From NCBI GenBank assembly GCA_963663225.1, contig OY760142.1, positions 2,336,001 to 2,400,000 on the forward strand: a DNA stretch of 64,000 nt. The letters run 5' to 3'. Under the pieces are notes generated by a model, which saw only the letters and a list, made by a program, of their open reading frames with translations, ran no database searches and had not been told where the DNA came from. Below are positions 31,133-41,561 of this stretch, one piece after another. Origin of the DNA: Nitrospirota bacterium. Lineage in GTDB: Bacteria > Nitrospirota > UBA9217. Both the position numbers and the translations under genes were made by a program. The number at the start of each line of letters is the position of its first letter. The first letter of the stretch is position 1.

Positions 31133-31309
31133 CCGGTATTTTCAAATTGATAGCCGGTAGTGATTTTCAAACCGCCATCAAACGCGGCTTCTAAAATTAT
31201 TTTTGCGCTACCTCTTTTGCAGACAATTAAAGATATTCTATTATCAAAGGACATCAGTTCCAGCCCTGCACGTTGACACTATTCAAGGAATACCTCGGAA
31301 AGGATTGTT

Positions 31310-32197
31310 ATGGAAGTTTTCTGCCCGCTCTGCCAAAAAGAGTCCCAACTCTATTTACGCACTATGGACTACAATAGAAAAATATCTCAGGAACAATTTA
31401 ATTACAATTTCTGTCCATCCTGCAGGCTGATTTTCCTATCACCGATTCCAGAGGAATTGGGCAGGTATTATACTGCTGAGTATTATCCAGTGCCTCGATC
31501 ATACGAACAACTGGAAAAAGAGGCAGAACAGGACCGGTACAAAATTAAGATTATCCAGCAGTTTGTTTCTAAAGGCAGATTACTTGAAATAGGTCCTTCT
31601 TATGGCAAGTTTGCATTGCTGGCTAAACAGGCCGGTTTTGAGGTAGAAGTATTAGAACGTGACAAAAGCTGCTGCAATTTTTTGCAGGATGTCGTCGGAA
31701 TAAAGGCGATAAATAGCGATAATCCTGCGGAGAGTCTTCGTAATGCCAAGCCCTATGATGTGATTGTATTGTGGCATGTCCTCGAACATCTGCCAAATCC
31801 ATGGAAAACGCTTGAAACGCTTGCGGGCAAATTGCTGCCGGGGAGTATTTTGGTCATCGCAACACCAAATCCCGACGCAATACAGTTTAAGACTCTTGGA
31901 CGTTTCTGGACGCATATAGACGCGCCCCGTCATCTTTCATTGGTTCCTCTATCCCTTCTCCGGGAGAAGGCTCAATTTCTAAGCCTCAAGATCATATTAT
32001 CCACAACGTCCGATGATGGCGGATTGCTGTTAAATGCTGTTGGGTGGAAAGATTCTTTTGCAAATATGGGCAGTCGCGGCTTCATCAGGAAAAGATTGCG
32101 CTCCGTGGGAAGGCTTATCAGTGTGGTTGCTTCGCCCATAGAACGAATCAATGGTTTGGGCAGCGCTTATACCGCGGTATTTCAAAAAGAGAGGTAA
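31310..32197 (+). CDS. Class I SAM-dependent methyltransferase with N-terminal Zn motif
   Basis: CPLC...CPSC; LLEIGP..G; WHVLEH; PRHL. Confidence 0.85.
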   Translation: MEVFCPLCQKESQLYLRTMDYNRKISQEQFNYNFCPSCRLIFLSPIPEELGRYYTAEYYPVPRSYEQLEKEAEQDRYKIKIIQQFVSKGRLLEIGPSYGKFALLAKQAGFEVEVLERDKSCCNFLQDVVGIKAINSDNPAESLRNAKPYDVIVLWHVLEHLPNPWKTLETLAGKLLPGSILVIATPNPDAIQFKTLGRFWTHIDAPRHLSLVPLSLLREKAQFLSLKIILSTTSDDGGLLLNAVGWKDSFANMGSRGFIRKRLRSVGRLISVVASPIERINGLGSAYTAVFQKER

Positions 32198-32266
32198 AAG
32201 CGATCAGGGAGTAAAATTAACAATTCTAAATCGCGCTATGAGTTGGCTTGACCGTTCTGGAAATCA

Positions 32267-33202
32267 ATGAAACCAAATATTAGCATCTGCATGCCGAATT
32301 ATAATTTTGCTCAATACGTTGCTGAGGCGGTAGAGTCAGTGCTTAAACAAAGTTATACTGATTTTGAATTCATCATCATTGACAATTGTTCAACCGATAA
32401 TTCCGCAGATATCATTCGACAATACGCTGAAAAAGATGCAAGAATCCGGTTTTGTATTAATGACCGAAATATCGGAATGGTTAACAATTTAAATTTGTGT
32501 TTACAACGCGCCGACGGAAATTATATTAAGTATCTTTTAAGTGACGACCTGCTGGCCTCGCCGCGAGCATTGGAAAAAATGGTTGCGGTCCTAGAGGCGG
32601 ATAAAGAGATAGCGCTTGTCGCGACTGCGAGAAATATGATTAACGACCGCTCTGACATTAGACAAGTCTTGTCAGAGTATAGAGGAAATGATCGCTATGT
32701 CGGCACGGATATCATTCAGGATTGTCTGCTGGAACAAAAGAATAAAATCGGAGAACCTTCCGTTGTAATGTTCAGAAAGAAAGATGCAATGCGCGGCTTT
32801 GATGGACGGTACCGTCAGGCCGTTGACCTTGAAATGTGGTTTTATCTTTTAGAACAGGGGAACTTTGCTTACATAGATGAACCGTTGTGTTCATTCAGAA
32901 GTCATCCAAATCAGCAGACCCGGACAAACATTGCACAGGGTGTTCTCTCTGACGAGGCGTTTCAACTACTTGAAGATTACGCAAACAAACCCTATGTTAA
33001 TTTATCCCGCATAAAAAGAGAGTATATGCTTTATGTCCCCGCTTATTCTGTATGGAAACAATACAAAAAGAAGCAAATTACGCTGCACAACGCTTTTCTA
33101 AAAATTAAAAGACATTATAATTTTTTTAAATTTATTATGTTCTACCCAGTATTCAAAATAGTTAAATTTTTCAAAAGTACAATGCAGCCGCGGAAGAGAT
33201 AA
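32267..33202 (+). CDS. GT2 glycosyltransferase
   Basis: ISICMPNYN; DNCSTD; SDD; IGEPS. Confidence 0.88.
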   Translation: MKPNISICMPNYNFAQYVAEAVESVLKQSYTDFEFIIIDNCSTDNSADIIRQYAEKDARIRFCINDRNIGMVNNLNLCLQRADGNYIKYLLSDDLLASPRALEKMVAVLEADKEIALVATARNMINDRSDIRQVLSEYRGNDRYVGTDIIQDCLLEQKNKIGEPSVVMFRKKDAMRGFDGRYRQAVDLEMWFYLLEQGNFAYIDEPLCSFRSHPNQQTRTNIAQGVLSDEAFQLLEDYANKPYVNLSRIKREYMLYVPAYSVWKQYKKKQITLHNAFLKIKRHYNFFKFIMFYPVFKIVKFFKSTMQPRKR

Positions 33203-33372
33203 AAGATAATTTTAGCAGTACTGCTACTGTGAGAGGCTGATGATTATCTTGCCTAATAACGATTGCTAATGCTTAAAAAATCATTGTCCTCTGGTTAAAA
33301 TGCGTAATGAATTTACCGGAGACTTCGACATGAATTTCTCGAGATACTGGCAATTCCTGGTATAAATTTACT

Positions 33373-34344
33373 ATGACAAGAAATAACATTGATCTTTCTA
33401 TTATTATCATTAATTGGAATACGAAACAGCTTTTACTGAATTGCATCACATCTATTTACAGCACAGTACACCATCTCTCCTATGAAATTTTTGTGGTGGA
33501 TAATGGGAGTGCAGACGGGAGCCTTGAGGCTGTATCTGAACGCTACCCTCGCGTCAAACTTATTGCCAGCAAAATAAACCTTGGTTTCGCGAAGGCAAAC
33601 AACCTTGCCATAAGAAAAATGTCGGGCAAGTATGCGGTTCTTCTGAATAGCGATACGATACTGAAGCAAGCCTCTCTGGAACAGGCGTTTGATTTTCTGG
33701 AACACCATCCTCGCGTGGGAATGTGCGGCTTGCAGCTTCTGAACGAAGATGGATCAAAACAGAACTCCACCGGCAATTTCCCGACACTATTGACAGAATT
33801 TGCGAGTAAAAAACTCATTCATGTCTTTTTTCCTGAAAAATACAGCCAAGTATTCACACAGAAAAAAAAAGATGTCAGTGGATTTGTACCCGTTGATTTC
33901 ATTGTCGGAGCATGCATGATGGCGAGAAAGGCCGCCATCAATGAAGTCGGCATGCTTGATGAAGATTATTTTTTTCTCTATGAGGAAGTAGACTGGTGCT
34001 TTAGAATGAAAAAGTCGGGGTGGCTCGTATGTTATCTTCCCGAGGTCGAAATATACCATCTCGGTGGACAGAGTATGAAAAATATCAATTTGCGGGCAAG
34101 AGTTGAGTCCTGGCGGTCTCGATATCTTTTTTTTGAAAAAAGTTGCGAACTTTCCATTCCGGCACGGTACGGGCTCCTGTTTCTGGGGGTTCTCCAAAAC
34201 GCGTATCAATTTTTACTCTATATCCTCTTAAACGTCGTAACACTCTTTGCATTCAAACGGTTGAGGAAACGTTTGGTCATGTTTGCCTATCTTCTTTTTT
34301 GGCACGTGCGGGGCAGGCCGATTTCTATGGGAATACCGAGATAA
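33373..34344 (+). CDS. GT2 glycosyltransferase (rhamnosyltransferase-like)
   Basis: IINWN; DNGS.D; NLGFAKANN; LLNSD; FFLYEEVDW. Confidence 0.88.
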   Translation: MTRNNIDLSIIIINWNTKQLLLNCITSIYSTVHHLSYEIFVVDNGSADGSLEAVSERYPRVKLIASKINLGFAKANNLAIRKMSGKYAVLLNSDTILKQASLEQAFDFLEHHPRVGMCGLQLLNEDGSKQNSTGNFPTLLTEFASKKLIHVFFPEKYSQVFTQKKKDVSGFVPVDFIVGACMMARKAAINEVGMLDEDYFFLYEEVDWCFRMKKSGWLVCYLPEVEIYHLGGQSMKNINLRARVESWRSRYLFFEKSCELSIPARYGLLFLGVLQNAYQFLLYILLNVVTLFAFKRLRKRLVMFAYLLFWHVRGRPISMGIPR

Positions 34345-34453
34345 AATATAAGCATTTCTCGAAAAGTTAGAGCTATAAAAAAATTTCGTATTTTGCTTCC
34401 AGTAGTATATTTTACGAAAAAACAGAGATACGCGTTAAAGGTGGTAACACAAG

Positions 34454-36493
34454 GTGGTAAAGATCATAAATTTGAGTCCTTGCAAAAAAAATATGAACAA
34501 CTGGCTTTACTATATGCTGTTTATTCTTCTCGCAGTAGTAGCCATATTTGATTTTGTGGCTTGGAAGCCGGCTTTCTTTTATCCGTCAACGCCGGAAGAG
34601 TTGCATTTAGTTCGAATTGACACCTCTACAGCCTTCGCTTTGTCGTACTGGTTTCAGCACGACGTGCAATTCGGCAAGGACATCATTTTCGCCTACGGCC
34701 CTCTTGGTTTTATAAAATACGCAAAATATCATCCTACATCTTACCATTGGATGATAGCCGGACAGGTATTTCTTTATCTTGCATTTATAACCGGCGCCTG
34801 GTCACTCATCCGAAATGCCAGGGACAGTCGTTTTGTTGTTTTAATGGGGACTTTTTTATGCAGCCTCCTGTTTGTTTTTCAACTTGGCGCTTTTCTTCCG
34901 TCAGTAAACATGAAATATCTGACAGACGCCTTCCTCCAGTCATTTCTTGTGCTCCTCGTGGTTAACTATTATTTCGTTGATGCAGATACCGTCTCTATTA
35001 CCACTATGCTGCTTGCAGTAGCATCCGCATTGATTGCGCTTATCAAGGTCAGCCTGCTGTTTCTGGCGGTTGTTTGTATTTTTTTTATAACCATCACAGA
35101 TATCTTTGACAAAAAAAAGTTTCCGATCATTGCGACCATTTTTTTAGTATCATTTCTCGCTTTGTGGTATGCCGCAGGTCAGCAGCTGCTCAACATTCCC
35201 GATTATTTTCTATCTTCACTGCAGTTGATGAGCGGCTACACCGAAGCCATGTCATACGGCGCACCCGTACGTGCGAATTTGCTCTGTGAGATTCTCTTGT
35301 ATATCCTTCTCGCTTGCGTTCTCCTGACCCTCTTGTGTTTAAAATTACAGCCGTATCGTATACCGTTTAATTTATTGCCTTTCACGCTATTTGCCGCTTT
35401 TATTTTTTTGATATTTAAACACTCCTTTGTTCGCCACGACGGTCATGCGCTCGAAGCATTTTACATGCTATTTTTTTTCCTCTACATTATTTTGGCCCTT
35501 TGGAACGATTTCTTTAAAAACAATCTTCCGAAAATACTTTTTCGCGCATATCTCGGTGTGTTCATAATTTTTACCATTTTTATCTTAATACACTATATTG
35601 GCCCATCCAGAAATAGAATTCCAACGCTTGCCCAAATGAAGCAGTCTGCTGCGATACCTTATAATGTTATGGATGTTGTACATCTGGTAAAGAAGGGGAC
35701 GCAGACTTACACGGAATCGTTGTATGCAGAAAAAGAAGCTATCCGACTGGTATCCGGTCTCCCGTCGATAAATGGGACGGTAGATTTGTATCCGGACAAC
35801 ATTGCCATTGTTACGGCGCTCGAATTACAATATAAGCCACGCCCTGTTGCCATAAGTCATGGCGCTTATTCGTCTTTTTTAGCATTAAAGGACGCTGAAT
35901 ATCTCAGAGGCAGCAGTGCACCGGAAAAAATATTATTTAAAGTAGAGACGATTGACCATAGATATCCTTCAATCGATGATGGTATTTCATGGCGGGAACT
36001 CTGGACACGTTATGCATTTGAGCGGAATGCAGGTGATTATTTGCTGCTTAGTCGTATGAATGTTCCAAAGAAGTATGCTGTCAAAAAAATAGGTCATTTT
36101 GATATACCTTTCGGCCGCTGGATCGATTTAACCGACTCGGGAAACGCCTTGATATGGGCAGAGATAGACATGAAACAGACCACCGCGGGAAAATTGATAA
36201 ATTTTATCTACAAATTACCAGAGGTTAAGATTACGGTTAAGCTTAAAAACAGTATTGTCAAAGAATATAGAATAATTCCCGGGATGCTTTCGTCCGGTTT
36301 TCTTCTTTCTCCACTTGTTGAAGAAAATCGACAATTTAAAGATATCATGAGTAATAAACAAAAAAATATAATTGCGGATGCGGAAGTGCAGGCAGTTATG
36401 TTCAGCGTTGATAACTGGTGGTTTACACAATCATCGAACAGTATATTTTATGCAAACAATTTTCAAATGAGAATTTACCGATTGAACTGGTAA
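34454..36493 (+). CDS. Polytopic membrane protein with periplasmic C-terminal domain; probable GT-C glycosyltransferase
   Basis: About 11-13 TM segments; acidic first loop with FGKDIIFAYGPLG; soluble C-terminal ~290 aa; start uncertain. Confidence 0.55.
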   Translation: MVKIINLSPCKKNMNNWLYYMLFILLAVVAIFDFVAWKPAFFYPSTPEELHLVRIDTSTAFALSYWFQHDVQFGKDIIFAYGPLGFIKYAKYHPTSYHWMIAGQVFLYLAFITGAWSLIRNARDSRFVVLMGTFLCSLLFVFQLGAFLPSVNMKYLTDAFLQSFLVLLVVNYYFVDADTVSITTMLLAVASALIALIKVSLLFLAVVCIFFITITDIFDKKKFPIIATIFLVSFLALWYAAGQQLLNIPDYFLSSLQLMSGYTEAMSYGAPVRANLLCEILLYILLACVLLTLLCLKLQPYRIPFNLLPFTLFAAFIFLIFKHSFVRHDGHALEAFYMLFFFLYIILALWNDFFKNNLPKILFRAYLGVFIIFTIFILIHYIGPSRNRIPTLAQMKQSAAIPYNVMDVVHLVKKGTQTYTESLYAEKEAIRLVSGLPSINGTVDLYPDNIAIVTALELQYKPRPVAISHGAYSSFLALKDAEYLRGSSAPEKILFKVETIDHRYPSIDDGISWRELWTRYAFERNAGDYLLLSRMNVPKKYAVKKIGHFDIPFGRWIDLTDSGNALIWAEIDMKQTTAGKLINFIYKLPEVKITVKLKNSIVKEYRIIPGMLSSGFLLSPLVEENRQFKDIMSNKQKNIIADAEVQAVMFSVDNWWFTQSSNSIFYANNFQMRIYRLNW

Positions 36494-36544
36494 TATTCAT
36501 AAAAACAGGAGGATATGGCTGCGAAGACAGCGCCATGCTTTTGA

Positions 36545-37132
36545 ATGATAGCTAAAGATAATGATGTAATACATAAAAGAATCCAGGAATCTATTGAAAA
36601 TTTTTCAAAACTTCTGAAAGATGAGCAGTGCCTCCAGGCGATTTCAGAAGCCGCGCAATCGATTGTTCAAGCCATAAAAAAAAGTAATAAGCTTCTCATC
36701 TGCGGCAATGGAGGTAGTGCTGCCGACGCACAACATATCGCAGGGGAATTTCTCTGCCGTTTTTATAAAGACAGAGCCCCAATGTCTGCGATTGCATTAT
36801 CTACCGATACATCGGTTTTGACGTCCATATCAAACGATTATTCTTATGAGGAGGTTTTTAGCAGGCAGATTATTGGATTGGGTAAACACGGCGATATCCT
36901 TCTCGGAATAAGCACAAGCGGGACTTCATCGAACGTTCTTCAGGCTTTTCGTACTGCAAAGAAAAACGGCTTGAAAACGATTCTCCTTACTGGCAACAGG
37001 AAAAATGATGTTAGTAAAATCTGTGATATTGTGATTACAACGCCTTCGTCAGATACACCCCGTATCCAGGAAATGCACTTGCTCATCGAGCATATTCTTT
37101 GTGAAATAACCGAGGCAGAAGCAATTGACTAA
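36545..37132 (+). CDS. gmhA: Sedoheptulose-7-phosphate isomerase
   Basis: CGNGGSAADAQH; STSG.S.N; RIQEMH. Confidence 0.95.
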   Translation: MIAKDNDVIHKRIQESIENFSKLLKDEQCLQAISEAAQSIVQAIKKSNKLLICGNGGSAADAQHIAGEFLCRFYKDRAPMSAIALSTDTSVLTSISNDYSYEEVFSRQIIGLGKHGDILLGISTSGTSSNVLQAFRTAKKNGLKTILLTGNRKNDVSKICDIVITTPSSDTPRIQEMHLLIEHILCEITEAEAID

Positions 37133-37676
37133 AAAGGCTGTATTCATAGATCGTGATGGCACGATTAATGTCGAAAAAGGATATGTTCATAAAGTAGAAG
37201 ATTTTGAGCTTATCCCTGGCGCAGAAGAAGCGCTCCAACTCCTGACAAAAGCCGGAATAAAGATCTATATTGTTACAAATCAGGCTGGCATTGCAAAAGG
37301 ATTATTCACTGAAGCTGATTTTCATCGCCTGACGGATTATATGCTTGATTGCTTCAGCAAAAACAGTATCAAAATTGAACGCGTTCTTTATTGTCCGCAT
37401 CATCCGGAGGGCATTATACCGCAGTATGCGATTCGTTGTCAGTGCAGGAAGCCCAAAACCTTTTTATTGAGAAATATTATTGGCGAGCAGCATTATGAAG
37501 TCGATGAACTCGCTTTGGTTGGTGATAAAAAAAGCGATATCGAAGCGGGGACGGCATTAGGATTGGACACTTATCTGGTGTTGACAGGATATGGCAAGGA
37601 GCAACGTTCATTAGTAAATCCTACATTTGTCATCCCGGATATTTACCATGCTGCAGTACATATTATAAGCCGTTAA
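37125..37676 (+). CDS. gmhB: Heptose-1,7-bisphosphate phosphatase (second copy, GDP-heptose route)
   Basis: FIDRDGTIN; CPHHP; CQCRKP; TTG start overlapping gmhA. Confidence 0.9.
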   Translation: MTKKAVFIDRDGTINVEKGYVHKVEDFELIPGAEEALQLLTKAGIKIYIVTNQAGIAKGLFTEADFHRLTDYMLDCFSKNSIKIERVLYCPHHPEGIIPQYAIRCQCRKPKTFLLRNIIGEQHYEVDELALVGDKKSDIEAGTALGLDTYLVLTGYGKEQRSLVNPTFVIPDIYHAAVHIISR

Positions 37677-37687
37677 TAGGGGATCAC

Positions 37688-38398
37688 TTGGACGCAATCA
37701 TTTTAGCTGGAGGATTTGGAACCAGACTGCAAAGCCTTGTAAAGGATGTTCCAAAACCCATGGCGGACATTCAGGGGAAGCCATTTTTGGCGTATCTGGT
37801 CGACTTTTTGTCACGGCAAGGATTCAACAAAGTGTTACTCTCCGTGGGGTACAAACACGAAATCATTAAAAATTTTCTCAAAACACAGTATAATCATACA
37901 ACAATCGAGTATGTGACAGAGGACACCCCTCTGGGTACCGGTGGGGCCATACGGGAATCTCTAGGCCATATTCAAGGGAATGAAGCTGTCGTATTGAACG
38001 GAGATACTTTTTTTGATATCGACCTCAACGCCATGTACAGCTTTCATCAGAAACAGAACACTAGCCTGTCTATCGCTGTTAAACCCATGCATGATTTTGA
38101 CAGATACGGAACAATTGTTTTAGAAAAAGACAGAATTGTAACGTTCGAAGAAAAAGCATATAAAAAATTCGGTTATATCAACGGTGGAATCTATATCATG
38201 AACAAGTCAATTTTAAACTTTCTTGAGCAATACAGCGGCCAGTTTTCCTTTGAAGCTGACTTTTTGGCTAAAATAGTATATACTTTTACGCCGTCTGCGT
38301 TTATCAGTGAAGGATATTTTGTCGATATTGGAATCCCTGAAGATTATAAAAAAGCCCAGATTGATCTGGTCCGGATTGGACGGGAAAGGATAGTATAA
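37688..38398 (+). CDS. hddC: Heptose-1-phosphate guanylyltransferase
   Basis: LAGGFGTRL..PKPM; LGTGG; NGDT; FVDIGIPEDY; heptose cluster context. Confidence 0.88.
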   Translation: MDAIILAGGFGTRLQSLVKDVPKPMADIQGKPFLAYLVDFLSRQGFNKVLLSVGYKHEIIKNFLKTQYNHTTIEYVTEDTPLGTGGAIRESLGHIQGNEAVVLNGDTFFDIDLNAMYSFHQKQNTSLSIAVKPMHDFDRYGTIVLEKDRIVTFEEKAYKKFGYINGGIYIMNKSILNFLEQYSGQFSFEADFLAKIVYTFTPSAFISEGYFVDIGIPEDYKKAQIDLVRIGRERIV

Positions 38399-38399
38399 A

Positions 38400-39347
38400 A
38401 TGTTATTGTCTGTCGTTTTTTCATTCAGGAACGAAGAAAAAGTATTAGATGAATTGATCAGACGCGTCAAGGAGTCTGCAAAAAAAACCGGGTTAGACTC
38501 GGAAATTATTTTTGTAAACGATGATTCCACGGATAAATCTGCGGATATTATTCAAAAACATCAGACTATTGACTCCAGCATTAAACTGATTAATATGTCA
38601 AAACGATTTGGCGTCCATCCCTGCGTTATCGCAGGACTACGGCATGCCAAAGGTGATGCTATTGTTTATATGGACACGGATTTGCAGGATCCGCCTGAAG
38701 TAATACCGCAGCTGGTCGAAAAATGGAAAGCCGGTGCAGATGTGGTCAACACGGTGCGAACAAAGCGATTGGGAGAAAATCCTTTCAAGATGTGGCTGAC
38801 GAAAAAAGCCTATCAAGTAATCAACTTTGTGTCGGATATTAATTTGCCGCCTAATATGGGAGACTTCAAACTGCTTTCGCGGAGAGTTGTTGATGAGTTG
38901 CTTCAGATACAGGAGACAGACCCATTTATGCGGGGATTGGTGCGGTGGATTGGTTTTAAACAAGAGACAGTGTATTATGTGCGCGAAGCCAGATACGCTG
39001 GGAAGACGCATTTTTCGCTTTTTGGTTCTGGCCCTGTTAAAGAGTTCATACGTGGTATTGCGTCATTTTCCGCCGCCCCGTTATATGCAAGCGTAATCGT
39101 AGGCATCCTTGTTTCCTTTTGCTCTTTTGCCTTTATCATATATGTTCTCATCGTATGGCTTATGGGGCTGGCTGTTCCGGGATGGGCCGGTGTTATGATA
39201 GCAGTGCTTCTTCTGGGAGGAATGATCCTCTTTTCAAATGGTCTCAACGGAATTTATATTGGAAGAATTTATGAACAAGTTAAAAACAGGCCACTGTATA
39301 TAATAAAAAATAAAATCGGATTTGATGAGCCACAAAATAAGAGTTAA
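38400..39347 (+). CDS. GtrB/DPM-like polyprenol-phosphate glycosyltransferase (GT2 plus 2 C-terminal TMs)
   Basis: NDDSTD; DTDLQDPP; GDFKL; two TMs; IGRIYEQVK.RPLY. Confidence 0.88.
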   Translation: MLLSVVFSFRNEEKVLDELIRRVKESAKKTGLDSEIIFVNDDSTDKSADIIQKHQTIDSSIKLINMSKRFGVHPCVIAGLRHAKGDAIVYMDTDLQDPPEVIPQLVEKWKAGADVVNTVRTKRLGENPFKMWLTKKAYQVINFVSDINLPPNMGDFKLLSRRVVDELLQIQETDPFMRGLVRWIGFKQETVYYVREARYAGKTHFSLFGSGPVKEFIRGIASFSAAPLYASVIVGILVSFCSFAFIIYVLIVWLMGLAVPGWAGVMIAVLLLGGMILFSNGLNGIYIGRIYEQVKNRPLYIIKNKIGFDEPQNKS

Positions 39348-39375
39348 TTAATGAATAGATGGAAATGGAAAAACT

Positions 39376-40386
39376 ATGATTATATCAAGAACACCGCATA
39401 GAATATCATTTTTTGGTGGCGGAACAGATTACGCTTCATGGTATCTTGAACATGGAGGTATGGTGCTGGGAGCCGCGATCGACAAATATTGTTATCTTAC
39501 CTGCAGAGAATTGCCGCCATTTTTTAAGCATCGTCACCGCATTGCTTATTCAAAAGTTGAGACGGTTTGTGATGCAGACGAAATTCTTCATCCCTCAGTC
39601 AGAGAAACATTGAAATACCTGAATATACAGCAAGGTTTGGAGATTCATCATGATGGTGACATCCCCGCCAGATCAGGCATGGGCTCAAGTTCTGCCTTTA
39701 CCGTTGGTTTGCTTAAAACCTTGTATGCTTTCAACGGCAAGCTGATTACCAAGGAGGACTTATACAAGCAGGCCATCCACATCGAGCAAAATCTTATCAA
39801 AGAAAATGTAGGATCGCAGGATCAGGTTTGGGCCGCATGCGGAGGATTAAATACCATTGAGTTTTTACAGAATGGTGAAATTATAGTTGAACCAATCATC
39901 ATGAAAGAAAAGCTGCTGAACAACTTTGAAGGAAAGTTTATGCTTTTCTTTACCGGTCTCTCACGACATGCTCATGAAATTGCCGGCGAACAGATTCAAA
40001 ATACCAAGAAAAATACGCAGCAGCTTTCAGCCATGAGAAGCCTGGTTGATGATGCCTATAAAATCCTTACATCCGGGAAAGACGATTTTAAGGATTTTGG
40101 AAAGCTGCTGCACGAAACATGGTTGTTGAAAAGAAAATTATCCAGCAAGATTACAAACAGTTTTATAGACGATTTATATGATAAGGCTTTAAAGCATGGA
40201 GCAATAGGCGGTAAATTGCTGGGAGCAGGGGGCGGCGGCTTTATTGTTTTCTATGTGGAGCCTGAAAAACAGGAACGAGTAAAAAACGCCCTGAGTGATT
40301 ATTTGCACGTGCCATTTCATTTTGATTTCACCGGCTCTGAAATTATTGTTTATAAACCAACATACAACTATAACAACGGGAGATAG
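39376..40386 (+). CDS. hddA: Heptose-7-phosphate kinase (GHMP)
   Basis: RTPHRISFFGGGTD; GMGSSS; GSQDQ; GGKLLGAGGGG. Confidence 0.9.
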   Translation: MIISRTPHRISFFGGGTDYASWYLEHGGMVLGAAIDKYCYLTCRELPPFFKHRHRIAYSKVETVCDADEILHPSVRETLKYLNIQQGLEIHHDGDIPARSGMGSSSAFTVGLLKTLYAFNGKLITKEDLYKQAIHIEQNLIKENVGSQDQVWAACGGLNTIEFLQNGEIIVEPIIMKEKLLNNFEGKFMLFFTGLSRHAHEIAGEQIQNTKKNTQQLSAMRSLVDDAYKILTSGKDDFKDFGKLLHETWLLKRKLSSKITNSFIDDLYDKALKHGAIGGKLLGAGGGGFIVFYVEPEKQERVKNALSDYLHVPFHFDFTGSEIIVYKPTYNYNNGR

Positions 40387-40387
40387 T

Positions 40388-41548
40388 ATGAAGTTTGAAT
40401 TGGCAAGCTCTACCTGGGACGAGGAAGAAAAGAGTGCGATACTGGATGTTGTGAACAGCAATATGTTCACCATGGGCCAAAAGGTCAAGGAATTTGAAGA
40501 CAGATTCGCACGTTATTTCGGAATGAAATATGCTGTTATGGCCAATTCAGGGTCATCAGCAAATCTGATCGCTCTTGCATCGCTTTTCTATCGAAAGGAT
40601 AATCCGCTTAAGCGCGGAGATGAGGTTATTGTTCCTTGTATTTCTTGGTCGACTACATTTCACCCTCTTCAGCAATACGGACTTAAACTCAAGTTTGTTG
40701 ATGTTGATCTGCATACCTTAAATATCGATATTCAGGAACTGAAAAAGGCGATTACTGACAAAACAAAGATGATTGTTGCAGTAAGTATTTTAGGCAATCC
40801 CTGTCAGTTCGATGAAATTACAAATTTGTGTCGGGAAAAAAATATTATCCTTTTTGAGGATAATTGCGAATCCATGGGCGCACGCTTTAATAATAAATTC
40901 ACCGGGACATTTGGCCTGGTGAATACGTTCAGCACATTTTTTTCTCACCATATTTCGACAATGGAAGGTGGTCTCGTTCTGACTGATGATAAGGAATTAT
41001 TCAATCTTCTAAAATCGATCAGAAATCACGGCTGGACCCGGGGCCAGGATGCAGACAGCCCTATTTTTGAGCGCAGAGATGACGACTTCTTCGAAGCCTA
41101 TCGATTTATACTTCCGGGTTATAATGTACGGCCTGGTGAGATGCACGGCGCCATTGGTTGTAAACAGCTTGATAAATTGACCGGATTTATCAAGACGAGA
41201 AGAAAAAACGCAAAATACTTTCTCAACCTTTTTAAGCAAGACGAACGGTTCATTATTCAAAAAGAAGTAGGTGAAAGCTCCTGGTTTTCTTTTACCATGA
41301 TTATTAATCCTGGTTTGAAAATTGACAGAAAAAAAGTCCTTCAGCGATTAAAAGAAGCGGAAATCGAGCATCGTATTATTACCGGTGGGAACATACTAAG
41401 GCACGATGTAATTAAATATTACGATTATACCGTGACGAAATCCACCAATGCGGACATTGCCCACTATAATGGTTTTTTTGTCGGTAATTTCCCGTACGAT
41501 ATTAGAGAAAAAATTGATTACCTGCATAAGACATTAAAGGGAATATAA
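40388..41548 (+). CDS. colD: PLP-dependent NDP-4-keto sugar C3-dehydratase (ColD-like)
   Basis: LASSTWD..E N-terminus; NSGSSANL; FFSHHISTMEGG with His in place of the catalytic Lys; PGYNVRP. Confidence 0.85.
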   Translation: MKFELASSTWDEEEKSAILDVVNSNMFTMGQKVKEFEDRFARYFGMKYAVMANSGSSANLIALASLFYRKDNPLKRGDEVIVPCISWSTTFHPLQQYGLKLKFVDVDLHTLNIDIQELKKAITDKTKMIVAVSILGNPCQFDEITNLCREKNIILFEDNCESMGARFNNKFTGTFGLVNTFSTFFSHHISTMEGGLVLTDDKELFNLLKSIRNHGWTRGQDADSPIFERRDDDFFEAYRFILPGYNVRPGEMHGAIGCKQLDKLTGFIKTRRKNAKYFLNLFKQDERFIIQKEVGESSWFSFTMIINPGLKIDRKKVLQRLKEAEIEHRIITGGNILRHDVIKYYDYTVTKSTNADIAHYNGFFVGNFPYDIREKIDYLHKTLKGI

Positions 41549-41561
41549 AGGAGATACAAAA

